DNA of 50,965 nucleotides from positions 5,183,838-5,234,802 of the forward strand of contig CM119271.1 of assembly GCA_051294375.1 (NCBI GenBank). The letters are read 5' to 3'. The stretch is from Paraspadella gotoi. Taxonomy: Eukaryota > Animalia > Chaetognatha. The notes under the pieces are model-generated. The model searched no databases and was not told where the DNA came from. It was given only the letters and a program-made list of their open reading frames with translations. Shown here piece by piece: positions 25,466-39,470 of the stretch (the stretch's first letter is position 1; each line of letters starts with the position of its first letter). A program made the translations under genes and the position numbers.

Positions 25466-25638
25466 GTTTCTACTGCGTGAAAAAACTTTCCGCCAAACGA
25501 CATCGGTTAAGAGGAAAAGGGGACAAGTTTTCTAAGAAGGAAGGCAACCAACAACAACTGGAAAAATGGAAGGTTTGGCGGCTGGGAATAGGGATGATGG
25601 AGAAGAGAGAGAGAAGGAGAGAGAGAGAGAGAGAGAGA

Positions 25639-25669
<31 letters not shown>

Positions 25670-27729
25670 AGAGAGAAAGAAGAGAGAGAGAGTCTCCCAG
25701 GGGGTCTGGAAGTTAATGTGACTGAAAGCTAAGAAAAATGGCGTCGTGTCGTCGTCGTCGTCGTCGTCCAACCCTGTCTGTTTATGGTCGCATCGACCGA
25801 ATTCGTACGTCGTCCGTTGTTACGATTGTTGTTGTTGTTGTTGTCATTGCGCAGGGCCGATTGATGGATCGTCGTTATCCTGACAGGACATTGGGTCGTA
25901 GCTTCTACATACATCATACAATCTACATCATCATTGTCCATCAAATCTCCATCATCATCATCAATTGCCATTCCTCTGCTTCAAATATCATCTCCATCCT
26001 CTTCGTCTGCTCTTCTACATCATCATCATGCATCGTCCGTCTGCTTCTACATCATTATTGTCATCGTCGTCTGCTCTGCATCATCACATCCCTTCATCCT
26101 ATCCCTCTCCTTCGACATCATCGAACTCTTTTCTCAAAAAATTGGTGGCATTTGAAATCCGATGACATTTCGGAGAAGCGAAAGTCTCGAAAAACAACAG
26201 GGAATGGGCCAGTCTGACGACGACGAAGACAGCGACGACGAACGACGACGAACGACGTCGACGACGGGGGTTAAATTCAAGGAACGACCCGTTGAAGCAA
26301 TGAGGGGAAAACAGAAGAACAATGGGACCAAAAACGAATCGGCAACAACGACGAACGACGACGACGACGAACGACCGAGACGCACGACGACGACGAGCAG
26401 TAAGAAATACGGAAAGAAGGAAGAATAACAGACATTTTATCATCGCCGGGGGGTCGGAATTCCGATAAAAGAAGAGTTGAAGAAATAATAAGATTAGAAA
26501 TGAATAGAAAAAAAAGTAAAACAAATTTAAAAAAACGGGAAAAGATTTGAAGGGAGAATTGTCGCGGGAAAAGAAGAATAAAAAGATAAGAAAGGAAAAG
26601 GTTAAAAAAGAATTGAATGTTTAAAATAAAAAGAAAGGAAAAGGTTAAAAAGAGAGGAATATTTAAAAGAAAAGAAAGGTAAAGGTTTAAAAAGAGAGGA
26701 ACATTTAAAGAAAAGAAAGTAAAGGGTTTAAAAAGAGAGAAAATTTAAAAGAAAGAAAANNNNNNNNNNNNNNNNNNNNNNNNNAAGAAAAAAGTATTTT
26801 GTTTGAAAGAAGAAAATTCGTATTTTGTTTACAAAAAAGTCTTATAAAAATAAGACAAATAAATCAAACAAAAGGAATTGAGGAAAAGTTGAAAAAAATG
26901 AAGATGNNNNNNNNNNNNNNNNNNNNNNNNNNNNNNNNNNNNNNNNNNNNNNNNNNNNNNNNNNNNNNNNNNNNNNNNNNNNNNNNNNNNNNNNNNNNNN
27001 NNNNNNNNNNNNNNNNNNNNNNNNNNNNNNNNNNNNNNNNNNNNNNNNNNNNNNNNNNNNNNNNNNNNNNNNNNNNNNNNNNNNNNNNNNNNNNNNNNNN
27101 NNNNNNNNNNNNNNNNNNNNNNNNNNNNNNNNNNNNNNNNNNNNNNNNNNNNNNNNNNNNNNNNNNNNNNNNNNNNNNNNNNNNNNNNNNNNNNNNNNNN
27201 NNNNNNNNNNNNNNNNNNNNNNNNNNNNNNNNNNNNNNNNNNNNNNNNNNNGGGGCGGAGGCTGATGGAGTGAAGAATGAACGGGTGGGGTAATGGGTAA
27301 GTCAGACCGGGTAAGGAAAAACGAAGTTGGGTGGGGAAAGAACTTGAGGTGTGAATCTGTCGTCAGTTGGAAGCCGAGGATTTCAGGAGTTCCATCCTTG
27401 AGTCTTTATGCGAAGGGATTGTGAACTTAGTTTTTAAGCGACCGCCATCTTGAAATTCACTTCACGAGAAAAACGATTTGAAGAGCGAATCGATGTCAGG
27501 GTGAATATCGACGACAACGACAACAACGAGAATAACACGAACGACGACGACAACGAAAAACAAAGAAACAAATGAACAACTTGGAACAACAACGACTTCA
27601 TTTAAATGGGACAAATATGTTGTGCTGTGTTGCTTTGAACGCGCAAAGGAGTTTTTCTGCCTTTTATTGTTTTATTCGCGAATCAATATTTTCTATCGTC
27701 ATTTTATTCAATATTTAATCTCTTATTAT

Positions 27730-27935
27730 CTCTTGAATGTTCCTCTCTTTTTAAACCTTTTCCTTTCTTTTCTTTTAAATGTTCCTCTCTTTTTAAACCT
27801 TTACCTTTCTTTTCTTTTAAATGTTCCTCTCTTTTTAAACCTTTACCTTTCTTTTCTTTTAAATATTCCTCTCTTTTTAAATCTTTTCCTTTCTTTTTAT
27901 TTTAAACATTCAATTCTTTTTAAACCTTTTCCTTT
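27730..27935. repeat. 42-bp minisatellite (~5 copies)
   Basis: Repeating TTAAATGTTCCTCTCTTTTTAAACCTTTACCTTTCTTTTCT-type unit, read as LLNVPLFLNLYLSF repeats in the ORF track; mirrored at 26580-26759. Confidence 0.85.
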
Positions 27936-28123
27936 CTTATCTTTTTATTCTTCTCCCGGACAATTTTCTCCCTCAAATTCTTTTTCCCGTTTTTTTTTTA
28001 ATGTTTTCTTTTTTTTTTTCTATTCATTTCTAATCTTATTATCTTCAACTCTCCTTTATTCGGAATCCGACCCCTCGGATGATAAAATGTCTGTTATTTT
28101 CATCTTTTCCGTATTTCTTACTG

Positions 28124-28173
<50 letters not shown>

Positions 28174-28796
28174 TGTTGCCGATTCGTTTGGTCCCATTGT
28201 TCTTCTGTTTTCCCCCTCATTGTTCAAACGTCGTTCCTTGAATTTACCCCCCGTCGTCGACGTCGTCGTTATCGTCGTCGTCGTCGCTGTCATCGTCGTC
28301 GTCAGACTCGCCCATTCCCCTTTTGTTTTTCGAGACTTCGCTTCTCGAAATTCCATCGATTTCAAATGCCAACAATTTTTTGGAGAAAAGAGTTCGATGA
28401 TGTCGAAGGAGAGGATGATGAGGATGTGATGATGCAGAAGCAGACGACGATGACAATAATGATGTAGAAGCAGACGACGATGATGATGTAAAAGCAGACG
28501 ACGATGATGGAGATGATATTGAAGCAGAGGACGATGGCAATGATGACGATGATGGAGATGATGACAATGATGATGTAGATTGTATGATGTATGTACTAGA
28601 AGCTGACGACAATGTCTGTCAGGATAACGACGATCCATCAATCGGCTTCGCCAATGACAACAACAACAACAATCGTAACAACGACGACGACGAATTCGTC
28701 GATGCGACCATAAACGAAGACAGGGTGACGACGACGACGACGACGACGACGACGCCATTCTTAGCTTTCATCACATTACTTCCAGACCCCTGGAGA

Positions 28797-28849
<53 letters not shown>

Positions 28850-29022
28850 TCTCTCTCTCTCTCTCTCTCTCCTTCTCTCTCTCTTCTCCATCATCCCTAT
28901 TCCCAGCCGCCAAACCTTCCATTTTTCCAGTTGTTGTTGGTTGCCTTCCTTCTTAGAAAACTTGTCCCCTTTTCCTCTTAACCGATGTCGTTTGGCGGAA
29001 AGTTTTTTCACGCAGTAGAAAC

Positions 29023-29075
<53 letters not shown>

Positions 29076-29427
29076 TCTTTGTTGATATTTCCCTCCCTCA
29101 CTCTTTTAAAACCAAAGTCCGTATCTGTGATGTTCCTCTTTAATATTCTCCGAATTATCAACGTAACGTGGAGGTCAACTCCTAGAAAATCCCCGAAAAA
29201 AATAATGGGAGACCGGATCTCGATAATTTTTTCGCCACGAATGATAATAATAATAATTCAATAATGGATTTTTTTTTTCCAAAGTAAGATACAACAAAAG
29301 TGAGGAAGGAACTAAGTAGGAAAACGCGATCGGAATAAGTTAGTTTATTAGTTTTATAAAATAGGTTAGGGGATAAGAATAACAATTAGGGAATCAGGCT
29401 GAGATTATGGATGAGATGAAAGATAAA

Positions 29428-29822
29428 AACGAGATCGGTTCATCCAATGAGTTGCGCCGCAGTGCAGTATTGTCACGTGTATTTTCATTTGATTACATGA
29501 TTTTACATGATAATGACATGATTAATAATTTTTAAGCCGGTGTATTTATCAACATGTACTGCATCGAAATTCCCTCTTTTATTTCTTATAGTTTAGATTT
29601 TACAGTCGGCGCGAGCAGTCGCTTAGATTTGAGGTTTTATCCTGTATTAACAAATGAGCAAGAAACTATAGGCAAATCATATGCATTTTTAATGTATGGG
29701 GGACAGACCGATGGACAAACATACCAACCGACAGACCGACCGACCGACAGACAGACCGACCCAAAAGTGACTTATAGAGTTGCTCCGCGAGTACTCGGGT
29801 ACTCGAGTACCTGGGTAAAATA
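29428..29822 (-). mobile_element. HINE-like repeat, copy D (mirror of C)
   Basis: Reverse complement of 24594-25004. Confidence 0.55.
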
Positions 29823-31059
29823 TTAGAATAAGTAGTGAGATAAGTGTTATAATATTATGTTTATTATATATATATTATGTTTATATCATGTTACATTATA
29901 TATTGAAATAAGGCGCTTTCGGAAAATAGTGCCGAAACCCCCGTTACTAAAAAGGCCCTTAGGCCAGTTTCGATCCCCTCTTCTCGTAAAAACTTTTTCT
30001 CTTCGCCTCAATTGTTCTTTTTTTTTTCTCTCTCGAGACGATAATCGATTTGGCGCGTGATGATGAAGACGACAGTGGGAGTGATGGGGTCGATGGGGCT
30101 GGGGAAGACATGAGGGTCAAGATGGACGATTAGGTAATTGGTGGACGATGGGAAAAGTGGAGAATACGATACTGACGATGATAGGGATTTTAATAATGAC
30201 AATGACGATGGTTAAGACGAAGATAAGTTTAGGAAATATTTAAATGAAATATGTATATAATTATATATTGTTAAAAAACTGGCGTAAGTTTCCGCCGGAG
30301 GTCCTTTAACTTGTTTAAACTCGTCAATTGAAAGAACGAATGATAATTAAATCGTTTTAATTTCTACCGTTCCGCCATCGAACGGCGAATTTGCAAAAGA
30401 AGGAACATTCCCAACTTCGCTGGCAAAAACTAAAACCGGAAGGATTTCGCTGCTGCCGCTGCTACGAATTCCGCTGCTAATGCGTTCTCTCAGCCGCAGC
30501 AGCAGCCGCCAGCGGCTTGACGACTTTTCCAAACGCCGAGCCTCGCGACGATATTATTATAATCGCATGAATGTGGATTAGTCAAACATTAAAGGGACGA
30601 TTTGATCCGATCTTGATTATGCAACGGCGATGTTTAAATTCGCGAGAGAACAAAAGACTTCGACGATTGAAGAAATGATGATGATGACGATGAAGATGAC
30701 GAATAAATATTTCCCTAGTGGAGGAAACAATCTATGAAGCGAAACAACGATTTAAAAGAAACAAGAAACACTTGTTTTTAAATATTATCCCTTTTTTATA
30801 CATAACAAAAAAAAATATTTCTAAATCATGAAGAAAAATGGAAAAGAGATGAAAAATATTCCGAAAATAAAAAGGATGAAGGTTAACGACGTTGATGCTG
30901 ACGATGAGGATGATGATGATCATGGCGACAACAACGACAACTAAATACAAAACAACAACGACGACGACGACGAACAACTCTTATCGGATCCGACGCGTGA
31001 TATCTTCGCCTATGACGAAAAGAACGAGACATCGTCCCTATGGAAATTGACGCGAACGC

Positions 31060-31138
<79 letters not shown>

Positions 31139-31256
31139 GAGAGAGTACGAGAGAGAGAGAGAGAGAGGAGAAGAGAGAGAGTTGATTTATTTTCACGGAT
31201 ACAGTTGCACTGATGGTTTTTCCCCCTTTTATGATCGCGTATTTCGCGTGATCATC

Positions 31257-31305
<49 letters not shown>

Positions 31306-31312
31306 CTCTTCA

Positions 31313-31345
<33 letters not shown>

Positions 31346-31644
31346 TCTCCTCATCGACTTCCGCCCTCCGCCGCGCTTATATATGGTTTAACCATCTGTA
31401 GAAGATGGAGGATCCCGTCTGTAGATTATCGTCATCTGTTTTTTTATACTTCGCATCAGCATCTCTATGAACTTTTTTTTTTCAGTCTTCGCAGCTGCGC
31501 GCGCTGATTGTCTGATGGTCTTGGTCTTTCGGGACATGTGGATCGTTGCAGAGAGAGGTTGTCCGTTTTTATCTGGTTTTCATGATCTCCGCTCGATGAT
31601 TCAATAATTGCGAAATAAATTCTTTTTAATCTAATACAATTATA

Positions 31645-31985
31645 ACCAAAAGGGTAATTCCAATGTGTTGCGCCGCAGTGACTTTATTTTCTCGTATCTT
31701 CCTTTTTTGATCACAATGATATGACATGACATGACTAAAAAACTTTCTTTGCCCGTGTATTTATGACATGCACCGCGCATCAAAATTCCGTCTTTTATTC
31801 CTTATAGTTTTAGGAATTCGCTAAGATTTGTTTGATTTTTTTCTTCCTTAACAATATGGAGGCAACGAAACTATTAGGCAAATTATATGCATTTTTAACG
31901 TAAGTGGGACGACGCACACAGACTCGAGACCGAAAAGTGTCTTATGGAGTTTCTCCTGCGAGTACTCGCGCGCAACTAAAAAAAA
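31645..31985 (-). mobile_element. HINE-like repeat, copy E (mirror of B)
   Basis: GGTAATTCCAATGTGTTGCGCCGCAGTGAC...CGCGCGCAACTAAAAA. Confidence 0.55.
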
Positions 31986-33135
31986 GGAACTTTCTAAATA
32001 CGTTTTGTTCGTCTATTGTATGCCTCGTACAAGAATGCGCATTAATTATAACTTTTTTTACACAAGAAAGACTAGTTACAAAATATGTTATAGTCGAAAT
32101 CTGAATGATTAAATAAAAAGCGTTTAAACTATAGAGAACTCCGTTTTATACAAGTCCACTGCACGCCACGAAGAAGAGAAAAAAATAGAGAGAAACTGAT
32201 TTCTCAGGTCATTCAATCAGATATTTTTTTTCTCACCTCGTTTTCTCCCCAGAGAAAAACGTTCGGCCATTTTTTATTATTCGTATTTCGTTTCCGCGCG
32301 CTTGTTCCCTCTTAACCTCTCTCGTTCTCTCGTCTCTTCTCTCTCTCTCTCTCTCGTCTCTCTCTCTCTCTCTCTCTCTCTCCTCTCTTCTCTCTCTCTC
32401 TCTCTCTCTCTCGTTCTCTTCTCTTTCTCTCTCTCCCTCTCCCTTTCACCTTGACACGTTTTATACGTTCTTGCAAAGGTGATTTTCCTCTTTTAATACG
32501 ATATGTGAAATTGCCAAGGGAGAGCGGGAGCGAGGAAAAAAAAAGGCTGAGAGGGAGACGAATATAAAAGGAGGAAATGAGAGGAAAGGGAGGAAGGAGG
32601 AAAGAGAAAGGAGAGAAAAGACATCGAGAGCAAAGACGGTCGGTTTAAAAATGAAAATAGGGGTGCTATAAAAGACTGAAAACTATGCACCTAAAACCCA
32701 CGATTTAATGCGCAACATAAGTTGAAGAGAAATCCTGACGTTTACAAAAAAACCACGCAACAAGAAAAGCGTCCACTATGAACCTTTTTGTGAATTTTCA
32801 CAACTAAACTACACGGATTTCATATGTGAGTGAAATGAAAAGATCAAATACTGTGGTTAAATTATTAATTATAGCGACTTATAATTTTCACCCTGATAAA
32901 AATATTGCTGACGTTTTTTTTTTTAACTCCCAGTAGTCCAGCTTGAATAATTTCCTAGTTAAGAGGTCATTAATCCCATGGTCGAATCTCAAAAAAGTAA
33001 ATTTTTTGCATTAGAATAGCTTCTTATATTTTTAAGAAAAAAAAAAAATAAAACCAAATCTCACAAACGAGTTTCTATTTTATGAATTTGCTCAAGTACA
33101 GTGGAAGACGTTTTTTTTTACTACTCGCATGCCAG

Positions 33136-33430
33136 GATAGTCCTCACCAAGCTCAAGTACAATAATCCTGCAAGTGAAGCGAAATCACAATGAAATTTTG
33201 TTCTATGCGACCTTCACAGGAAGAGGCCGAGGACGTGACGTTTTCGGGTACTACATTTGAACAGAACGGATGAGTACCTCGCGATGGTAAGCTCCAGACG
33301 GCGCCGACCAACCAAGCTCTAGCTTACCAAGCAATAGATTCCCCAGGTGAGGCTCAACGACGCGCAAAAGGCGGACGAGGTTTTCCTTTTCGACGCTCGA
33401 GACCCAAATCCTCGCCTCGCAGTCACGTGA
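33136..33430 (+). CDS. Possible 3' exons of an unidentified spliced gene
   Basis: ccag|33136-33173|gtgaag...ttcacag|33220-33286|gtaagc...ccccag|33347-33430, with short introns and a last exon VRLNDAQKADEVFLFDARDPNPRLAVT*. The middle exon needs one indel to stay open. Confidence 0.25.
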
Positions 33431-33512
33431 CCTCTTTTTTGTCGCAGGGAGAAAAAAAATTTTCGCCGGTTGACCTCCGACCCCGTCTCAGGGTGAAAAG
33501 CAAGGGGAGTGG

Positions 33513-33619
<107 letters not shown>

Positions 33620-34844
33620 AATGATAGAGAAAGAAAAAGGGGGAAGAAAAAAAAAAGAGAGAGAAAAAAAGAAAGTCTCGAGATGAAATCGAGTTTGTAA
33701 AAGAGAAAAGAAAGAAGAAGAAAACGATTTTCAATGAAAGAGATCACGAGGGAGAAGAGAAGGCGGTGAGACGGAAAAAGATGGACGAATGAGGTGACGA
33801 CGAGACAGACGGACAGATGGAGAGAAGGAGAGAAGGAGAGAGAGTCGGAAAAGATGATAAAATTGACAAACTGACTGAAAGAAAGAAAGACGGGCTGAGG
33901 AAAGAAACGAACTAACTTAATAAGATTTCCTCAATGAACGGATAATAGACGTACGGACAAAAAGACAAGAAGACANNNNNNNNNNNNNNNNNNNNNNNNN
34001 NNNNNNNNNNNNNNNNNNNNNNNNNNNNNNNNNNNNNNNNNNNNNNNNNNNNNNNNNNNNNNNNNNNNNNNNNNNNNNNNNNNNNNNNNNNNNNNNNNNN
34101 NNNNNNNNNNNNNNNNNNNNNNNNNNNNNNNNNNNNNNNNNNNNNNNNNNNNNNNNNNNNNNNNNNNNNNNNNNNNNNNNNNNNNNNNNNNNNNNNNNNN
34201 NNNNNNNNNNNNNNNNNNNNNNNNNNNNNNNNNNNNNNNNNNNNNNNNNNNNNNNNNNNNNNNNNNNNNNNNNNNNNNNNNNNNNNNNNNNNNNNNNNNN
34301 NNNNNNNNNNNNNNNNNNNNNNNNNNNNNNNNNNNNNNNNNNNNNNNNNNNNNNNNNNNNNNNNNNNNNNNNNNNNNNNNNNNNNNNNNNNNNNNNNNNN
34401 NNNNNNNNNNNNNNNNNNNNNNNNNNNNNNNNNNNNNNNNNNNNNNNNNNNNNNNNNNNNNNNNNNNNNNNNNNNNNNNNNNNNNNNNNNNNNNNNNNNN
34501 NNNNNNNNNNNNNNNNNNNNNNNNNNNNNNNNNNNNNNNNNNNNNNNNNNNNNNNNNNNNNNNNNNNNNNNNNNNNNNNNNNNNNNNNNNNNNNNNNNNN
34601 NNNNNNNNNNNNNNNNNNNNNNNNNNNNNNNNNNNNNNNNNNNNNNNNNNNNNNNNNNNNNNNNNNNNNNNNNNNNNNNNNNNNNNNNNNNNNNNNNNNN
34701 NNNNNNNNNNNNNNNNNNNNNNNNNNNNNNNNNNNNNNNNNNNNNNNNNNNNNNNNNNNNNNNNNNNNNNNNNNNNNNNNNNNNNNNNNNNNNNNNNCTA
34801 AATGAATCAAGCATGAATCAAGCATGTGACTCTAAATCCTTCGA

Positions 34845-35145
34845 TGTGGTCGTCGTCCTCTTCGCCAATGAGGACATCGTGATCATCGTCGTCATCATCA
34901 TTGTCGTCGTCCCAGTCATCTTCGCCATTGTGGACATCGTCATCGTCGTCATTGTCATCGCAATCGTCGTCATCATGGACGGTGTCATTGTGGTCGGTGT
35001 CATCGTCGTAGCCATCGTGGTCGTCGTCATCTTCATCATCGCCGTCGTCGTCGTCGTCATTGTGGTCATCATCGTCATCGTGGTCGTCGTCATCGTTGTG
35101 GTCCTCATTGTTGTCGTTGTCGTCGTCGTCGTCGTCATCATCGTT
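34845..35145. repeat. Degenerate (CAT/CGT)n trinucleotide low-complexity tract
   Basis: Mixed catcgt/cgtcgt triplets yielding Asp/His-, Thr/Met- and Val/Ile-rich ORFs in different frames. Confidence 0.8.
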
Positions 35146-35419
35146 CCTCCTCAACCGCATCTCTTCTGTTTCATCCTTTGATCAAACATCAACTGACGGA
35201 AGGAAAACTGAGATTAGCACATTTTTTTTTCTTTCTTCGGACAATACGGTGGGATTGGAAAGACCGTCCCTCTATCCGTCTGTCTGTTTGTCTTCGTGTC
35301 ATTCACGGGATTTATACGTGTCTATTTGTCTGTTATGTCTGTTCGCTCCTTCTTTCCTTCTGTACTCTTTACAGGTTTATGAAGGTTACATAACACTTGG
35401 ATCCTTGCTGGAGTTAGGA

Positions 35420-35451
<32 letters not shown>

Positions 35452-37805
35452 AANNNNNNNNNNNNNNNNNNNNNNNNNAGCGCAGAGAGAGATGAATATG
35501 GGGCGCCACAACATCAATTATTGTCTCGCCGTGCTGATTTGTGAGCAGCTCGCCTAAATTCTATCAAGCCTGACCGGAGAAAAAGGACGTGAGATGCTAA
35601 ATCACTAACAATTCCTAATGGCTGAAATCGTGAGCAGTCGAATTTCCCCCCCGCCCCTTTTACAACGAGTATCTGCGTCTAAATGAGCAACTCGTGGATC
35701 AACTACATCTAGTAGATCTGGAGTTACTAATCGCGCGTCACAGATATAGACCTCGCATCCTCCTTCTCACTGACGGCGTATTCGTCTCACTGTGTTGCCG
35801 TCCTGCAGAATCAGCCGGGTGGCCGAAAGGCGGCGCGGATGGAAGCCAGGCGTCGTCGATAGGCGTCGGTCTTGGACGCATCTCATCCACAGCCAGGATA
35901 CGTCTCGTCGGTGCAAAATCGCGATTCTACTTCTTCCGATGAATCGTCGAGGGCGGCAGCTTTGCGCCATCCCGTCGCAAGGCGCTTGAGCATCACTGTA
36001 AGAGGTGGACGCTGATACGCGGATGGTAGGGATTGCTGGATTGAGCAGCAATTCATGTCTGAGCGTCGCTCATTTCGGCGTTCTCTTCTCCAGCTTTGAT
36101 TTTCGTGTTTCCATTGTCACGCTCTTTATGAGCTGGTTGGTTGTTTTTTCTTTTCATCTATTGTATTGTTAGATTGGTGAAAGATCTATTTAGATCGCCG
36201 ATTTAGATAGTGTTTGCTGTTCTTTCTTGTCACTGACTTCTTTTCTTTACCTTGGAGTCTTTCCTCAGTTTCTATCTTGTCTTATGAGTTTGTCTTCTTC
36301 TCTTTTTTTTCTATACCCGCCCAGTCTTTCTTCTTGGTCTTTCTTTCGCGTGTTCTTTCTGGATCGCTCCTGTGAAATCTTTCGTTATTTCTACAATTTG
36401 TGTCCTGGATTCTCTTTTCAGTTCCCGCGGGACCCGAATCTCTGTCGTCGCTGTTTCGTGACTATGTATTATTTTTGCACTCTCTAGTCCCTCCTAGTCT
36501 GATCTCTCTTCTTGGTCGGTCCAATCCAAGTGCCGCGGCCCGTATCCCTCTCCGTTCTGTCCATCTCGATCTCTCGCGCCTCTCTCTCTCCAAGAGATCC
36601 GATTAGTCTCTCAGTCTCCTCTTAACTCAGGACAACAGTCTCTAGTCGAGATCTCACGACTCTATCACAGCACAACATTCGCTCTCGACAGCTCGGGAGC
36701 CCAAACCGTTCTTGACAGCGTATTTTTCGCGTTTCATAATTGTTTTTTCCATCCTAGCGAGTAAACAAAATTGCCGGCGTCTTATGAAAGATGTTCGGTA
36801 TGAATACAGGAATCCATTTAAGAGAAGTAGTATGCGCGGGCAAGAGCTATGGATACAGATACTGGGGGAGTCGTATCTATCTCTGCTCTGAAGAAATCTC
36901 GGTCTGCGTCTCGGGGGATGTCGTGATCCGCTGATCGGTATGCCATCTCTCCTCTCGTCTGGCTCCTCTCTTGCTCTCATAATAGGGGTGATCGCGGACT
37001 CTATCTATTCACTTTCAGGAACCCATAAAGGTAGGGGGATATCCGGGCTTTTTTTTCTAAATCCTTCTCCAGGTAGAAGAACAAGAGGGACAGCGAGAAG
37101 ATCATAAAATTTTATAATAAAAGTTAAGTTGGCGTTTGTAAAAAATATCGCCGTCGTAACGGGAATTCTGTTTTCGCTACTTATCTGTTCTTAATACGGC
37201 GGTCGTCCGCTTTATAAACTATTTTCCAGACGGCCACCTGCTTATCGCCGGTGGGCAGCGACCACGGAAAGGGGAGCTCTCAAACTGAAACACAGTGTGA
37301 GAGAAGAGAGGAGAGAGAGAGAGAGCAGGAGAGAGGAGAGAGACGAGAGGAGGGGGGAGGGAGGGAGATGGAGATGAGAGTGAGGATATAAATAGCCCGC
37401 CGCGGTCAGTGCAAATTTCTCGTTTGTGGTGGTTTCTAAGGAGGCTCATAAATTTCTTTCTTTCTTTCTTGAATGACTGTCGTTTCTTGTGCTATTGCTG
37501 TCCGTCTTTCGTATGTCTTGTCTTATCTTGTCTTTCGTATTGCTTTTTTCTTTAAAATTTAATGAGTTATTTATCTTGATTGTAATTTATTTATTATATT
37601 ATATTTATTATTTATTTATTTACTTTATTTATTATATTAATTTATAGTTATTTAGTTTAGTTTTTGCTTTCCTTGTCGTATGCTGCCTTTCTTTGTCTTC
37701 TTCGTTCTTTCCTTATCTTAGAGAGAGAGATAGAGACTGACGGCTGTTGTGAATCACGCACATGAATTGTGCATCATAATGAGGCGAAACCGGAGCCGAG
37801 AGTCG

Positions 37806-37933
<128 letters not shown>

Positions 37934-39432
37934 ACAAATGAAAGAAAAATTCAATCCTCTTTTTTTCTTGATTCTTTAAGTAGGGGAAGATGTGGAGGCA
38001 AGAGAATGATAGGTTAAGGAAAAGAGGGTAAGGAANNNNNNNNNNNNNNNNNNNNNNNNNNNNNNNNNNNNNNNNNNNNNNNNNNNNNNNNNNNNNNNNN
38101 NNNNNNNNNNNNNNNNNNNNNNNNNNNNNNNNNNNNNNNNNNNNNNNNNNNNNNNNNNNNNNNNNNNNNNNNNNNNNNNNNNNNNNNNNNNAAAAAGAGG
38201 AAAAATACAATAAAATTAAAAATAGATAGAAAGAAAGAAATAAAATAAATGTAACAAAGAATGAGGGAAAGAATTTANNNNNNNNNNNNNNNNNNNNNNN
38301 NNNNNNNNNNNNNNNNNNNNNNNNNNNNNNNNNNNNNNNNNNNNNNNNNNNNNNNNNNNNNNNNNNNNNNNNNNNNNNNNNNNNNNNNNNNNNNNNNNNN
38401 NNNNNNNNNNNNNNNNNNNNNNNNNNNNNNNNNNNNNNNNNNNNNNNNNNNNNNNNNNNNNNNNNNNNNNNNNNNNNNNNNNNNNNNAGAGAGAGAGAGA
38501 GAGAGAATGGAATCGTAAGAAAGGAAAGGAAAAGATGGGCAGCCGAACTGGCAGGTTTACCTTTGAGATTATCCGTCGTAACTACTTGTACAAAAGGAAC
38601 GAAACTCGAAAGTGAATATCTCTCTGTCTCTCTGTCTCTCTCTCCCTTCTCTCAATCTCTCCAACACACCCCCCAATCCTCAAGAGAGAAAGACAAACCT
38701 GTTGACGAGACAGAGACAGAGAGCCTCTCGCTCTCGTCCTCCCCGAGAGTCGCGCGCCCGATTTTCGAAGGCGGAAGACGATAAAATCTGGCGCCGCGAA
38801 TCCATCGAGCGAAGAGCGGGCGACGCGCGATTCAAAAGGCGGCGCTTCTTTCGAAAAGCGCGCCGGGCGCCGGGCGCCGCAAATTCCCGATTCAGTTTCT
38901 GTTTTATTTCTTTTTCTTTTTTNNNNNNNNNNNNNNNNNNNNNNNNNNNNNNNNNNNNNNNNNNNNNNNNNNNNNNNNNNNNNNNNNNNNNNNNNNNNNN
39001 NNNNNNNNNNNNNNNNNNNNNNNNNNNNNNNNNNNNNNNNNNNNNNNNNNNNNNNNNNNNNNNNNNNNNNNNNNNNNNNNNNNNNNNNNNNNNNNNNNNN
39101 NNNNNNNNNNNNNNNNNNNNNNNNNNNNNNNNNNNNNNNNNNNNNNNNNNNNNNNNNNNNNNNNNNNNNNNNNACCTGTGAAGTTTAAACTATTAATAGT
39201 CAAACCATACATAGATGAGAAAGTCAAATTTACCGTAAGACCGTTAGACCATAGGACAGTCTGGTGGCTGTACACTGTTATCTATTAAGAAGGATGAATG
39301 CTTCAACTATTATTTTTTTTGGGGGGTTGCACCAATTTTATAACAATTTTACGTTACGATTTATCCTAATGTAATTTCGTTTTAACCAAGATCACCCTAA
39401 CGATGTCGAGGGACGTTAACGTCGAGGAAGTT

Positions 39433-39470
<38 letters not shown>

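Larger units (their letters stand above)
27730..32430 (-). repeat. Right arm of ~4.7-kb inverted duplication
   Basis: Collinear reverse-complement match to 22040-26759 with many small indels and differing microsatellite lengths. Confidence 0.9.

Noticed and set aside
27622-29161. ORFs of 116-281 aa in the inverted-repeat arm
   Set aside because: Driven by GAC/CAT repeats and a 42-bp minisatellite; the frames are not conserved in the mirror arm.
34807-35181. Asp/His-rich (biomineralisation-like) or Val/Ile-rich protein
   Set aside because: A trinucleotide low-complexity tract open in several frames, with no supporting splice or domain evidence.
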